Shown here: positions 36,176-48,500 of the stretch, piece after piece
How the letters are laid out: each line of letters opens with the position of its first letter
Numbering within the stretch: position 1 is the stretch's first letter
Assembly: GCA_030390025.1 (NCBI GenBank)
Contig: CM059432.1
Span: forward strand, 136,588,001-136,652,000
Length of the DNA stretch: 64,000 nt
Source of the DNA: Squalus acanthias
Taxonomy: Eukaryota
Direction of reading: 5' to 3'
Position numbers and translations under genes: made by a program
The notes under the pieces: generated by a model
The model's input: only the letters and a program-made list of their open reading frames with translations
Told to the model about the DNA's origin: nothing
Databases searched by the model: none

Positions 36176-36611
36176 GCTGCAGTTACTATCTAACCTCCTT
36201 TATTTGTTTGATTAGTTAATTCATTTTTTTAATCAATTATTTTAGTTGGATTACTTAATTGGTTTATCGAGTTTTAGTTACTAATTTAATAAAGTAAAGT
36301 TATAGCAATTTATAGTTTCATAGCTAGCTTGGAGGCTAAAAAATACCTGTAATACTCACCAACCAATCACCTACCTGCTGCACTGTGACATCATGCCTTG
36401 ATTTTTGTTTTGTTTTCTCTCTCTCTCCTCGGTGAGTTTGGGCCTCTCTCTCCTCCGCTCCTTATATCCTGGTCTCCGCTCTGTCCCCGACCAGGTCCGC
36501 TCTCACCGCTGCTCTCGGTGCATCACTGTTGCTGTGCACAACTATTACTTCCAACGTTTCCCCAAAGTTGGCCCCTTTATTTAAGATAGTATGCCTGTGA
36601 TAGAACATCAT

Positions 36612-37328
36612 GGGCTGTAATTTGCAGCCCCTATGGGTGCGTACGAGGTACGCACGCGCCCACAAGGGCCGCACAAGTTCCGGGGTTTAGGCATGCGCTG
36701 CGCTTGCGCCAAAACCTGGAATTTGCGATCCGTCGAGAATTTTCTTGACAGATCCTCCGCATCCCCGGGAAGAGGGCCTCCGCGGGCGGAGAGTTGCCCA
36801 GCGACTGCCCGTGAAATTCTTACACCTGGTAAAAGTAGGCTGCTTTTACCAGCGTAAGAGTTTTAAAAAACAGCAAAATAAAATGTTATCAATAATTAAA
36901 AACCTGTGAAATAAGGTAAGTTTATTTTTAGCCCCTTTAAAACATGTAAATTTATTTTTCAAAAGATTACATTTTTGTTTTAAATATTTGATTACATGCC
37001 ATTTTAATTCATTTTAAATATGTGATGGTTTTATTTTTTATTTATTTGAAGTGTAGAGGTATTTTTTGGGGTATTCCTGTTTATACTTATGGGGATTCCG
37101 TATGTACGGCATGAATGGGGATCCCCCTTCTGCCATTCGTTGGGCCGGCCCACGTGTTCCCAGGGGTGCTTGCGAACTGCCTGCGCCCCTGAGATACGCG
37201 GGCCTCTTCCCCCCGGTACCCGGAGAGGCCCAGGACCGCGAGTCTCCGTACCATCAGGTAGGCATGGATTTTATTCGCGGATCGGAGGCATTTCCCCGTG
37301 GGAAGCCTCCGACCGCAAATTCAGGGCC
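36612..37328. mobile_element. Non-autonomous PIF/Harbinger-type MITE (family A, copy 2)
   Basis: Colinear with 684-1438 (cttgacagatcctccg, cctggtaaaag, aggtaagtttatttttagcccc, ggaagcctcc); TIRs GGGCTGTAATTTGC / GCAAATTCAGGGCC. Confidence 0.82.
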
Positions 37329-37450
37329 ATTCATTGTTGCTAACTCGTTAAGGATGAGTCTCAGAGTGTCTGATATTCAAGCAGTATTTGTCACAAAAGA
37401 ACCTGATGACAACTGAGGTAAGATCCATTTGTTTTCATTCTAACCAGAGT

Positions 37451-37849
37451 CTTCTTTCTCTCTTAGGCAATCCCTCGGAACCGAGGATGACTTGCTTCCA
37501 CACTAAAAATGAGTTCTCAGGTGACTGATGAGTCCAATGCGGGACCTACAGTCTCTGCCACAGGTGGGGCAGACGCTGATTGAAGGGGCGGCTGGGTGGG
37601 GTGCTTGGGTTGACGTGTGCTCCTTCCACTTGGCTTCCGCTTGCTCCCGGCGAAGAGACTCGAGGTGTTCTGCGCCTTCCCGGATGCTTCTCCTCCACTT
37701 TGTGCGGTCTTGGGCCAGGGATTCTCAGGTGTCGGAGGGGATGTTGCACTTTTTCCAAGGAGGCTTTGAGGGTGTCCTTGAAGCGTTTCCTCTACCCACC
37801 TGGGGCTCTCCTGCCGTGTCGGAACTCCGAGTAGAGCATTTGTTTTGGG
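37451..37849 (-). mobile_element. RTE-clade LINE 3' end
   Basis: Reverse complement of 21850-22250; 8-bp TSD accagagt (37443-37450, 37850-37857). Confidence 0.9.
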
Positions 37850-37874
37850 ACCAGAGTAACCTACTAAGCATTAT

Positions 37875-38327
37875 GGGCAACACGGTGGCATAGTGGTTAG
37901 CACTGGTGCCTCACAGCGCCAGGGACCCGGGTTCGAATCTGGCCTCGGGTGACTGTCTGTGTGGAGTTTGCACATTCTCCCCGTGTCTGCGTGGGTTTCC
38001 TCCGGGTGCTCCGGTTTCCTCCCACAGTCCAAAAATGTGCGGGTTAGGTTGATTTGGCTTTGATAAATTGACCCTTAGTGTTAGGGGGGGATTAAATATG
38101 TGGGGTTACGGGGATAGGATAGGAAGGGATATGTTAGGGGGAATTAAATACGTGGGGTTACGGGGATAGGGTGGGATATGTGTCGGTGCAGGCTCGATGG
38201 GGATTCTGTGTGAGGAAAGCAGGGACAGGGTACTGGATTTGGATGATCAGCCATGATCGTATTGAATGGTGGAGCAGGCTCGACGGGCCGAATGGCCTAC
38301 TCCTGCTCCTAGTTTCTATGTTTCTAT
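37875..38327 (+). mobile_element. HE1-type V-SINE followed by a CR1 3' end
   Basis: Near-identical to 17076-17398; ~40-bp internal duplication; CR1 3'UTR and (tttctatg) tail from ~38211. Confidence 0.88.
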
Positions 38328-38431
38328 ATTACAATAACTTCACAATAGACATTATATAACTACAACAAATATACCTTATGACAATCGAAAGGTCATCGAC
38401 CTGAAACAATAACCCGACCTTCCTCTCCACA

Positions 38432-38659
38432 CAACAACAACAACAACTTGCATTTATATAGCGCCTTTAACATAGTAAAACGTCCCAAGGCGCTTCACAG
38501 CAGCGATTATCAAACAGAATTTGACACCAAGCCACATAAGGAGATATGAGGACAGATTGGTCAAAGAGGTAGGTTTTAAGGAGCGTCTTAAAGGAGAGAG
38601 AGGTAGAGTGGTGGAGAGGTTTAGGGAGGGAATTCCAGAGCTCAGGGCCTAGGCAGCAG
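38432..38659 (-). mobile_element. L2 LINE 3' end
   Basis: (caa)n-cttgcatttatatagcgcctttaac tail; reverse complement of 10775-10996. Confidence 0.85.
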
Positions 38660-38967
38660 TAATGAAACTTTTACAGCCCGTTTCAATTGCAGCATGAGTG
38701 ACTGGACTGAGCGACAAATATTACAAATTGGTCATTTTCATTAATGATGAGTTGTATATAGAAATGCGGGTGCAAGTAGATGAAGAATTCTTCGCAAAAT
38801 GAAAAAAATTGTATGTATTTCTTATATACAAATAGATCCTGCGGAAGTATTTTATCTATGGACCTGGGTGAGGGGCCAAGTCTCATAGTGCAGGACATAA
38901 TTAAGGTTAAGAAGACAAGATATGCCAGCAAGTCATGATTAGGGAGGCCAGTCCTGTGTTTTAAAAT

Positions 38968-39425
38968 AAAAAAGAAAGATTTGCATTTATATAGCGCCTT
39001 TCACGACCTCAGGACATCCCAAAGCGCTTTACAGACAATGAAGTATTTTTGAAGTGTAGTCACTTGTAACGTAGGAAAGGTGGCAGCCAATTTGCGCACA
39101 GCAAGTTTCCACAAACAGCAATGTGATAAATGACTAGATAATCTGCTTTTAGTGCTGTTGGTTGAGGGATAAATATTGGCCAGGACACCGGGGAGAACTC
39201 CCCTGCTCTTCTTCAAAATAGTGCCATGGGATCTTTTATGTACACCTGAGATGTCAGACAAGGGCTACAGTTTAATGTCTTATCCAAAAGAGGGCACCTC
39301 TGACAGTGCAGCACTCCCTCAGTACTGCCAGTCTACATTTTTGTGCTCAAGCGTCTGGAGTGGGGCTAGAACCCACAACCTCTGACTCAGGCGAGAGTGC
39401 TACCCACTGAGCCACGGCTGACACA
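38968..39425 (-). mobile_element. SacSINE1-like DeuSINE
   Basis: Full length; ends gagccacggctgacac. Confidence 0.9.
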
Positions 39426-41004
39426 CTACTGCTGACAATTGTAGGAAGAAGGAAAAAAACTGCAGAAGGTAAAGAATTCCACAGTTTTGACAGCCCGGGA
39501 AATAATGATTTTGAGTAGGAGATGGTGCAGTCAGTCTTCAGTTGAACAGAGTGAGGATACAGGAAGGAGTTGGCACTTGTAGGATGTTGTATTTGGAACT
39601 TTACAAAACAAAATCAAGTTGGAATATGACTGTAATAACAGATGTAACTCCTTCAGTGCCGAGATCTCTAAAGGTAACGCTTTTAGCACATACCGATCCT
39701 TCGAATTTTGCTTTGATGTAAAGGTTTGAAAAAGAACGATTCACTTGTCACACTTTCACATTTAGCATATTCGTAATGTTTAACGAGCGACTAACAGTTT
39801 GACGAAAGGATAGGAGACAGAATGCCTAAACAAACAAAAGCTGTTTCAAATATGGCGTGAATTATATCATATCATGTACTGTATACTGTCAGGTCGTCTG
39901 TCGCTGTAATCTTTATTACCCTTTAAATTTATGTCGTGCCACCTCCACCATGTTCAATGTGCTGGCTGTAAAATGGAGAGACAACTGAAAAAGGGACAGT
40001 ACGAGATAAAATAAACTACACACTATATAGTACAAAGAGTAACAAATGTCTGTCAATACCTTTATGGCAGTAATTCAATCGAGGGGTCCTGTTGACATTC
40101 ATAATCCATTTGAGCTTTGCTCTCATGGTCCCTGACATTTTCAGAACAACTCGACTGAATTATTGTTTGTAACTCATTGCCAAGCCGATCTAGCTATCTA
40201 GATGTATGAATATGTACATAGGGCATTTATGCATTTGATGACTGCGCAGGAAAATACAGAACCATACAATATGATGTAAAACTTATTGTATTAATTAGAT
40301 CTTGAATTCCTTCATCAAAAGTCAACAGATTAAAGCTGAACCAATGCTAAATTCTTATCAGATGTAAGGAAGGCTTGAAAGCACTCATTATAACAATGTG
40401 GATTTCTGTAGGTAGTTGTCTATGATTGAGGCTAATAAGAACCATAATATTTAATCTGTGGCGATCAAAGGTAAACAGTCAGATCTACATACGTGGAAAC
40501 AAGCAGATCAAATTTCAGAGCGCTCTGATTTCAAGAAGAGTCAAAATAAGTTTTTTTTTAATGTAAAGTGTCTAATTTAACACCTCATAGAATCCCCCAT
40601 CTTTAGGCCAAGCACTTAAAGAGGAAGTGCATTCCACTGAATTGTCACATAGTCCTAAATGTTACGTCAGTACATTCATCAGTGTCTCAAAAAAACCCCA
40701 TTGTTTTATGATTTCAAGCCTACAGTTAGAAACAGACAGTGTGCAACTTCCCCTGACATGACACGATGACATTCTATTCCAATAGCCATTGCATCCAAAC
40801 CATCAGAGAAGAGACAATCAATTTGAATGCCTAGACTTGTTAAATTTTTTGAATCTGGGTTCCCGACATGGAATTTGGACAGATCAAAATTGATAGACGT
40901 GAAATCCTGTGGGGCACATTGACCTCCATACCTCAATTCCCAATATGTGCTCCTGCCACATGAATTCATACATTCTGCCCTACTAAGCTGTTGCACAACC
41001 ATTG

Positions 41005-41330
41005 AATCATATAAGTGTACAACATAAAAGGAGGCCATTCGGCCCATATGCTAGAGAAATCCAAAATTAACTCACTGCCCGCTGCCCCCCCCATAGCTCT
41101 GTATCTTCCTCTGCTTCAAATATTTATCCACTGTTCCCTTAAAGGTGCAATGGTCTCTGCCTCAACTACTCCCTGTGGCGAAGCATTCCATGGTCCAATA
41201 GTCATCTGCGTAAAGAAACCTTTCCTAACTTCTCTCCTAACCTTCATAGAAACAATTATAAATTGATGGCTCCTCGTTATTGACGACCCAGCCAGAAGAA
41301 ATAATCTTGTCCTGTTCACGCCATCAAAAC
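41005..41330 (-). mobile_element. Old CR1 LINE 3' end
   Basis: RKGFFTQMTIGPWNASPQGVVEAE; ggaggccattcggccc. Confidence 0.75.
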
Positions 41331-41397
41331 CCCTTTTGTTGCATTACCGGATTTTTGAGAACTTTTTGTTTCTTCGTGGAATGGATTTTGGGATTGA

Positions 41398-41771
41398 GTA
41401 TACTCCAGTGCAGTGCTGAGGGAGTACTACAATGTTGCCGGTGCTGTCTTATGGGTGACACGTTAAACTGAGGCCCTTACTACTCTCTCAGGTGGTTGTA
41501 AAAGAGTCGATGACACTGTTTCGAAGTAAGAGCAGGGGAGTTCTCCCTGGTTTCCTGGCCAATATTTATCCCTCAATCATCAAGACTAAACAGATGATCT
41601 AGTCATTATCCCATTGCTGTTTGTGGGACCTTGCTGTGTGCAATTTAGGTTGCTGTGTTTCCTACATTACAACAGTGACTACACTTCAAAAGTACTTAAT
41701 AGGCTGTAAAGCGCTTTGGGACATCCTGAGGTCATGAAAGGTGCTATATCAATGCAAGTCTTTCTTTCTTT
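41398..41771 (+). mobile_element. SacSINE1-like DeuSINE, 5'-truncated
   Basis: Deu core and aatgcaagtctttctttcttt tail. Confidence 0.85.
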
Positions 41772-42147
41772 GTCATCCTTGTTTCCAAATCCCTCCATGA
41801 CCTCGCCCCTCCCTATCTCTGTAACCTCCTCCAGCCCTACAACCCTCCGAGATCTCTGCGCTCCTCCAGTTCTGGCCTCTTGTGCATCCCTGATTTTCAT
41901 CACTCAATTGGCGGCCGTGCCTTCAGCTGCCTGGGCCCTAAACACTGGAATTCCCTCCCTAAACATCTCCGCCTCGCTTCCTCTCTCCCACCTTTAAGAC
42001 GCTCCTTAAAAGCTACCTGTCACCTGTCCTAATATCTCCTTATGTTACTCGGTGTCAAATTTTGTTTGATAACGCTCCTGTGAAGCATCATGGGATATTT
42101 TACTACGATAAAGGCCATATTTAAATCCAAGTTGTTGTTGTTGTTGT
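41772..42147 (+). mobile_element. L2 LINE 3' end
   Basis: Homologous to 10615-10996; (gtt)n tail. Confidence 0.85.
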
Positions 42148-42905
42148 TTCCCATAATGGTAGTTTCCTATCCTGGTGAATCTATGCTGTACATTCTCTAT
42201 GATTTCAATGTCCTTTCTATAATGCAGCGACCAGACCTGCATGCAGTGCTCCAATGATTTGTTCCAATTAGTCATGACTTCTTTACTCTTGTATTTGGAG
42301 GTCTTTGCAGGCAGTAGCTCCCCCAACCCAGCACTTGATGAGATACTGACAGTATGGGATTCTCTTTCAATCAAAACTAGCAAACATGCCATTGCACATG
42401 CATACCACTATTGTCTTAAAGGGGTAGGTGCATCCTAATCTTCTCAGATTTTTATTTCAGGATAATCTGGAATCAGCAGTTTGGAGTAGCTCAGATTCAG
42501 AGTTCATCCTAACTTAGCATGACTTTATCTCCTTACTAAGCATATTAGCCTCAGTGCAAGTTGTGTACAAACCAGTGTGGTTTATTAAGCTATATTTTAA
42601 CTAACTCTAAACATAAGAACACAAGAAATAGGAGCAGGAGTAGGCCATTTGGCCCCTCGAGCCTGCTCCGCCATTTAATCAGATCATGGCTGATATTCTT
42701 CCTCAACTCCACTTTCCCGCACTATTCCCATATCCCTTGATTCCCTTAATATCCAAAAATCTATCAATCTCTGTTGTGAATATACTCAACGACTGAGCCT
42801 CCACAGGCATCTGGGGTAGAGAATTCCAAAGATTCACCATGCTCTGAGTAAAGAAATTTCACCTCATCTCAGTCCTAAATGGCTGACCCCTTATTCTGAG
42901 ACTAT

Positions 42906-44251
42906 GGGCTGGATTTTGAATGACCCATGGAGTCGGGTTTGGAGGCGTGTGGGGGGTTAAATTTGCGGGGTCGGGGTTTCCGACCCCATCCCGACTCCAT
43001 CCCGCCTCCACGCAATTTTGACATAATCAGTCGCGGGGTTCCCGACTCCGTCCCGCCTTCAAGAGGTGGGAGAGGCCATTAAAGCCCTTAACAAGCTCTA
43101 AATTGGCTCTGTAATGCCATTTTGAAACGCTGTAGCTAGTTTAACCCTCTTCTGACGTGAAGCACGTCTGGTGTGAAACACTCCAGTGAAACCTGGTGGG
43201 AGCACAAGTGGATAGCTGACTATCGGCTGCAGGTCCACTATTACAATGGAGATGTGATGAAGGTACCTTGGTGAGGCCACACCTGGAGTATTGTGCGCAG
43301 TTTTGGTCTCCTAACTTAAGGAAGGACATTCTTGCTATTGAGGGAGTGCAGCGAAGGTTCACTAGATTGATTCCTGGGATGGCCGGACTGACATATCAAG
43401 AAAGATTGGGTCAACTGAACTTGTATCCTCTGGAGTTCAGAAGAATGAGGGGGGATCTTATAGAGACATTTAAAATCCTGACTGGTTTAGACAAATTAGA
43501 TGCGGGCAGAATGTTCCCAATGGTAGGGAAAACTAGAACCAGGGGTCACAGTCTAAGGATTAAGGGGAAGCCATTTAGGACTGAGCTGAGGAGGAACTTC
43601 TTCACCCAGAGAGTGGTGAATCTATGGAATTCTCTTCCACAGAAGGTTGTTGAGGCCAGTTCGCTAAATATATTCAAAAGGGAGTTAGATATAACACTCA
43701 CAACTAGGGGGATCAAGGGGTATGGCGAGAAAGCAGGAATGGGGTACTGAGGTAGCATGTTCAGCCATGAACGCATTAAATGGCGGTGCAGGCTCGAAGG
43801 ACCGAATGGTCTACTCCTGTACCTATTTTCTATGTTTCTAAGGTAGTAGTAGTATTAGGTCTGAACGTCGCCTCTGATGCTGCTGCATTGAATGTCTTCA
43901 GAGACTGCCTGGGAGGACTTGCTTGGCAAAAAAATTCATATTCTCTCTCTCTCTCTCTCTCTCCTCTACCGCCCCCCCCCCCTTTTTGCATCCAGGTCCA
44001 CTCACATCAAAAGCCAGGCAGCTCCTCTCTCACCAACAGTCTCTGAGACTAGGCAGTCAGCAATGATGACATCATCAGAGGCGACTTTCAGACTGAAAAC
44101 ACTAATTAGTTCATGGGTTCCCACATGCTCCAACTCAATTGCCCAATTAAGTGAAAATTGCATCAGGCATCCACATTAATCTGGAGTCGGGGGGGCAACA
44201 CGAAATGCGGATTGCACGACCCCAACCCGACCCCAAGACAAAATCCAGCCC
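42906..44251. mobile_element. Non-autonomous PIF/Harbinger-type element containing a CR1 insertion
   Basis: Perfect 13-bp TIRs GGGCTGGATTTTG / CAAAATCCAGCCC; TSD tat/tgt; host CR1 sequence is continuous across it. Confidence 0.88.
43266..43839 (+). mobile_element. CR1 LINE 3' fragment nested in the MITE
   Basis: Open 160-aa frame VRPHLEYCAQFWSP..WNSLP; TSD aaggta (43260-43265, 43840-43845). Confidence 0.92.
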
Positions 44252-45989
44252 TGTGACCTTTGGTTCTAGACTCCCCAGTCAGGGGGAAACATCCTCCCTG
44301 CATCTACCCTGTCAAGCCCTGTAAGAATCTTGTATGTTTCAATGAGATCACCTCTCATTCTTCCAAACTCTAGAGAATATAGGCTTAGTCTACTCAATCT
44401 CTCCTCATAGGACAAGCCCCCCATCTCAGGAAGCAGTCTGGTGAACCTTTGTTGCACTCCCTCTATGGCAAGTATATCCTTCCTTAGGTAAGGAGACCAA
44501 AACTGTACACAATACTCCAGATGTGGCCTCACCAGGGCCCTATATAATTGCAGTAAGATGTCTTTATTCTTATACTCAAATCCTCTTGTAATAAAGGCCA
44601 ACATACCATTTGCTTTCCTAATTGCTTGCTGTACCTGCATGTTAACTTTCAGTGATTCGTGTACAAGGACACCCAGGTCCCTCTGAACACCAACATTTCC
44701 CAATCTCTCACCATTTAAAAATACTCTACTTTTCTATTTTTCCTACCAAAGTGGATAACTTCACATTTCTCCACATTATATTCCATTTGCCATGTTCTTG
44801 CCTATTCACTTAGCTTGTCTACATCCCCTTGAAGCCTCTTTGCATCCTGCTCACAACTTACATTCCCACCCAGCTTTGTATCATCAGCAAACTTGGATAT
44901 ATTACATTTGGTCCCCTCATCCAAATCATTGATATAGATTGTGAATAGCTGAGGCCCAAGCACTGATCCTTGTGGTACCCCACTAGCTACAGCCTGCCAA
45001 CCTGAAAATGACTCGTTTATTCCTACTCTCTGTTTTCTGTCCATTAACCAATCCTTAATCCATGCTAGTATATTACTCCCAATCCCATGAGCGCTAATTT
45101 TGTTTAATAACCTCTTGTGTGGCACCTTATCAAATGCCTTCTGAAAATCCAAATACACTACATCCACTGGTTCCCCCTTATCTATTCTGCTAGTTACAAC
45201 CTCAAAAAACTCTAACAGATTTGTCAAACACAATTTCCCTTTCATAAATCCATGTTAACTCTGCCCAATCCTATTATTATTTTCTAAGTGCCCTGTTACC
45301 ATATCCTTAATAATAGATTTGAGCATTTTCCCTACTACTGATGTCAGGCTAACTGGTCTGTAGTTCCCCGTTTTTTCTCTCCCTCCTTTCTTAAATAGTG
45401 GGGTTACATTTGCTACCTTCCAATCCGTGGGAACCGTTCTAAAATCTATGGAATTTTGGAAAATGACAATCAATGCATCCACTATCTCTACAGCCACCTC
45501 TTTTAAAACCCTAGGATGTAGGCCATCAGGTCCAGGGGTTTTATTGGCTTTCAGTCCCAATAATTTCTCCAGTACTATTTTTTTACTAATTCTAATTTCT
45601 TTCAGTTCCTCGTTCTCACTAGATCCTTGGTTCTCCACTATTTCCGGGAAGTTTTTTGCATCTTCTTCCGTGAAGACAGAAAAAGTATTTGTTTAATTTC
45701 TCTGCCATTTCCTTATTATAAACGTCATGTTAGGATGCAGTTTACATTTGTTCTTCCTCACTCACCGAGTTCAGCCATATCACCGGGTTGCGGGGCGGGG
45801 GTGGGTGAGGCGAAGGATGAACTAACTTAAAGAGGGGAGTGAATAGGGTATTTACCTCCCTTCCCTGATCAAGCACACCCTCTTGTGGGTTTACCAAGAA
45901 ATACCATGGTTTTGCCTTTCTAACCCAAGGGTGGTACGGTGGCAAATTGCAAAGAAGGAGCAATGGAGGAAAGGGGGTATTTGTTCCGG

Positions 45990-46930
45990 GCACTGGAGAA
46001 AGTGCAAAAAAGATTTACAAAGATGAAACAAAAACTGAGAGGTTAGATCTATCAGGAAACACTGAACAGAGAAGGCTGATGGGTGATCGGATAGTGGTCT
46101 TTATAATTATGAAGAGGTTTGAAAGAAAGAAAGACTTGCATTTATATAGCGCCTTTCATGACCACCAGATGTCTCAAAGCGCTTTACAGCCAATGAAGTA
46201 CCTTTTGAAGTGGAGTTGCTGTTGTAATGTGGGAAACGCAGCAGCCACAAACAGCAATGTGAAAATGACCAGATAATCTGTTTTTGTTATTTTGGTTGAG
46301 GGATAAATATTGGCCAGGACACCGGGGAGAACTCCTCTGCTCTTCTTTGAAATAGTGCCGTGGAATCTTTTACGTCCACCTGAGAGAGCAGATGGGACCT
46401 CGGTTTAACGTCTCATCCAAAAGACGGCACCTCCGACAGTACAGCACTCCCTCAGCACTGCACTGGAGTGTCAGCCTAGCTTTATGTGCTCAAGTCCCTG
46501 GAGTGGGACTATGAACCCACAACCTTCTGACGCAGAGGTGAGGGTGCTACTAACTGAGCCACAGCTGACACTACTAGCTGACTAGTTTGATAGGGTAGAC
46601 GCAGAGAAGATGTTTCCACTTATGGGGGGAGTTCAAAACCAGGGGTCATAAATATAAGATAGTCACTAATAAATCAAATAAGGAATTCAGGAGAAACTTC
46701 TTTACCCAGAGAGTGGTTAGAATGTGGAACTTGCTACCACAGGGAGTTGTTGAGGCGAATAGCATAAATGCGTTTAAGGGGAAGCTGGATAAACACATGA
46801 GGGAGAAAGGGATAGAAGGATATGTTGATAGGGTGAGATGAAGTAGGGTAGGAGGTGGCTTGTGTGGAGCATAAACAACACCATAGACCTGTTGGGCCGA
46901 ATGGCCTGTTTCTGTGCTGTAAAATCTATT
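45990..46930 (+). mobile_element. CR1 3' fragment interrupted by a DeuSINE
   Basis: EQRRLMGDRI..FIIMKRF before the SINE; aaccaggggtcataaa..ttctttacccagagagtggttagaatgtggaac after it; TSD gtttga. Confidence 0.82.
46122..46572 (-). mobile_element. SacSINE1-like DeuSINE
   Basis: Full-length copy. Confidence 0.9.
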
Positions 46931-47220
46931 TAATTATAAATGCTCAGTACAGGTACAATGAAATGAATTCAATAGTCATACAGATCAAAGGTATACCTAT
47001 TAATGCTATTTAATAGCTGTCACACACAAACGTGAAGGTGGGATATTCCATCAAGACAAAAATAACGTTGTACTCCGTCCATAATTTATATCTTAATTAT
47101 AGGTAGAAAATTAGAAAAGCTTCAGTTATAGCAAAGCTTTTAAAGAGCAGTTAAAATACTACCCTGTCTTGTTAGCTTTTCTAAATTTGTCAATCAGAAC
47201 AATGAGAAAGCAAAGCAGTA

Positions 47221-47634
47221 AAAGAATAAAAGCCTTGCATTTATATAATGCCTTTGACAACCTCAGGCTGTCCTAATGCACTTCACAGCCAATTAAGTAC
47301 TTTTGAAATGTTGTAATGCAGGAAACGCAGCAGCCAATTTGCACACAGCAAGGCCCACAAATAGCAAAGCAATAATGATCAGATAACCTGCTTTTTGTGA
47401 CGTTGATTGAGGATTAAATATTTGGTCGGGGCACTGGAGAGAACTCCCCTGCTCTTCTTTAAAATAGTACCGTGGGAACTTTTACATCCACCTGAGAGGG
47501 CAGACTCGATTTAACGTCTCATCCAAAGGACAGCACTTCCAACAGTGCAGCACTCCCCGAGTACTGGAGTGTCAGCACTCAGGGAGTTTCTATACTCAAG
47601 TTTCTGAAGTGAGACTTGAACCATGGCTGACACC
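47221..47634 (-). mobile_element. SacSINE1-like DeuSINE
   Basis: Deu core; deletion in the head. Confidence 0.85.
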
Positions 47635-48291
47635 GAGAGGCATTTGGGAAAATTGTATATATCACACCATTGCCACCAAACGAAGGGCTGGTACTGGCAC
47701 TATGACTGTAATATAAAATCCAGCATTTAATAGGATGCTTGGATAAAGGGAATATTTTGCTTGACCATTGAGATGCCCCAATTAAGAAGCCTCCAATGCA
47801 TTAGTTAAAACAACAGTACCCCAAAGGGTGTATTTTGCATCATTGGCATAATAGCAAGCACAGATGAACAAGAGATCAAATCGCAGACAACAGCAAAAGT
47901 ACTGTTCAATTGGAATGACTCGTGACTAATCATTGCAACTACTGTGAATCCCCTTAAATCCAGCAGAATTTCAAAACTGTCCTACAGGATTGTTTTAGAT
48001 CCTGAAAGATCCAGTGAAAATCCTGTTGGGATTCAGATTCTGTCCTGCAGGATTTTGCTCAAAAACCTCATAAAAGTCCTAAAGGGCTTTGAATAGGCCA
48101 GACAATAGGATTTTTAGCGAGAAGATATTAGACCTAAATCTAGGCATTAAAGATAGACATTAAAGTTTCAAAAATATGTTTAATACTTAATATATTGTAT
48201 GATAAATAAAAGCTATCAATAAACAAGCAACTTACTTCCAAAATTAATGTTGTACACTAATACAGTATGGTCTACCAGATAGACTTTTGTT

Positions 48292-48421
48292 AGTCAATTG
48301 TATTGAGGGTTACGGAACTAAGGTGGGTAAATGGAGTTAAGATACAGATCAGCCATGATCTAATTGAATGGACGCACAGGCTCGAGGGGCTGAATGGTCT
48401 ACTCCTGCTCCTATGTTCCTA
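48292..48421 (+). mobile_element. CR1 3'UTR fragment
   Basis: gatcagccatgatctaattgaatgg..ctcctgctcctatgttcct. Confidence 0.8.
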
Positions 48422-48500
48422 CAATGCAATGGTACACACTCTTAATATTACTGGGATATGTGAAGCTACAGGGTTATCACACTGGTGTATTGGGGTTAAG

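Larger units (their letters stand above)
31292..36500 (-). mobile_element. Near full-length CR1 LINE, inactivated and interrupted by a DNA element
   Basis: Ordered 5'UTR, ORF1 (zinc finger/leucine zipper + esterase), ORF2 (EN, RT, C-terminus) and (cataagaa)n tail; several frameshifts; 5' boundary approximate. Confidence 0.93.
42611..45718 (-). mobile_element. 5'-truncated CR1 LINE (RT to 3' end), interrupted by a MITE
   Basis: KTPGPDGLHP, YLDFQKAFDKVPH, SGVPQGSVLGP, FADDTKL, LVRPHLEYC; closely similar to 31292-33935. Confidence 0.93.

Noticed and set aside
31282..36626. tgtaatttgca at 31282 and 36616 as the TSD of the long CR1
   Set aside because: The second copy is inside the TIR of MITE family A, so the match is probably coincidental.
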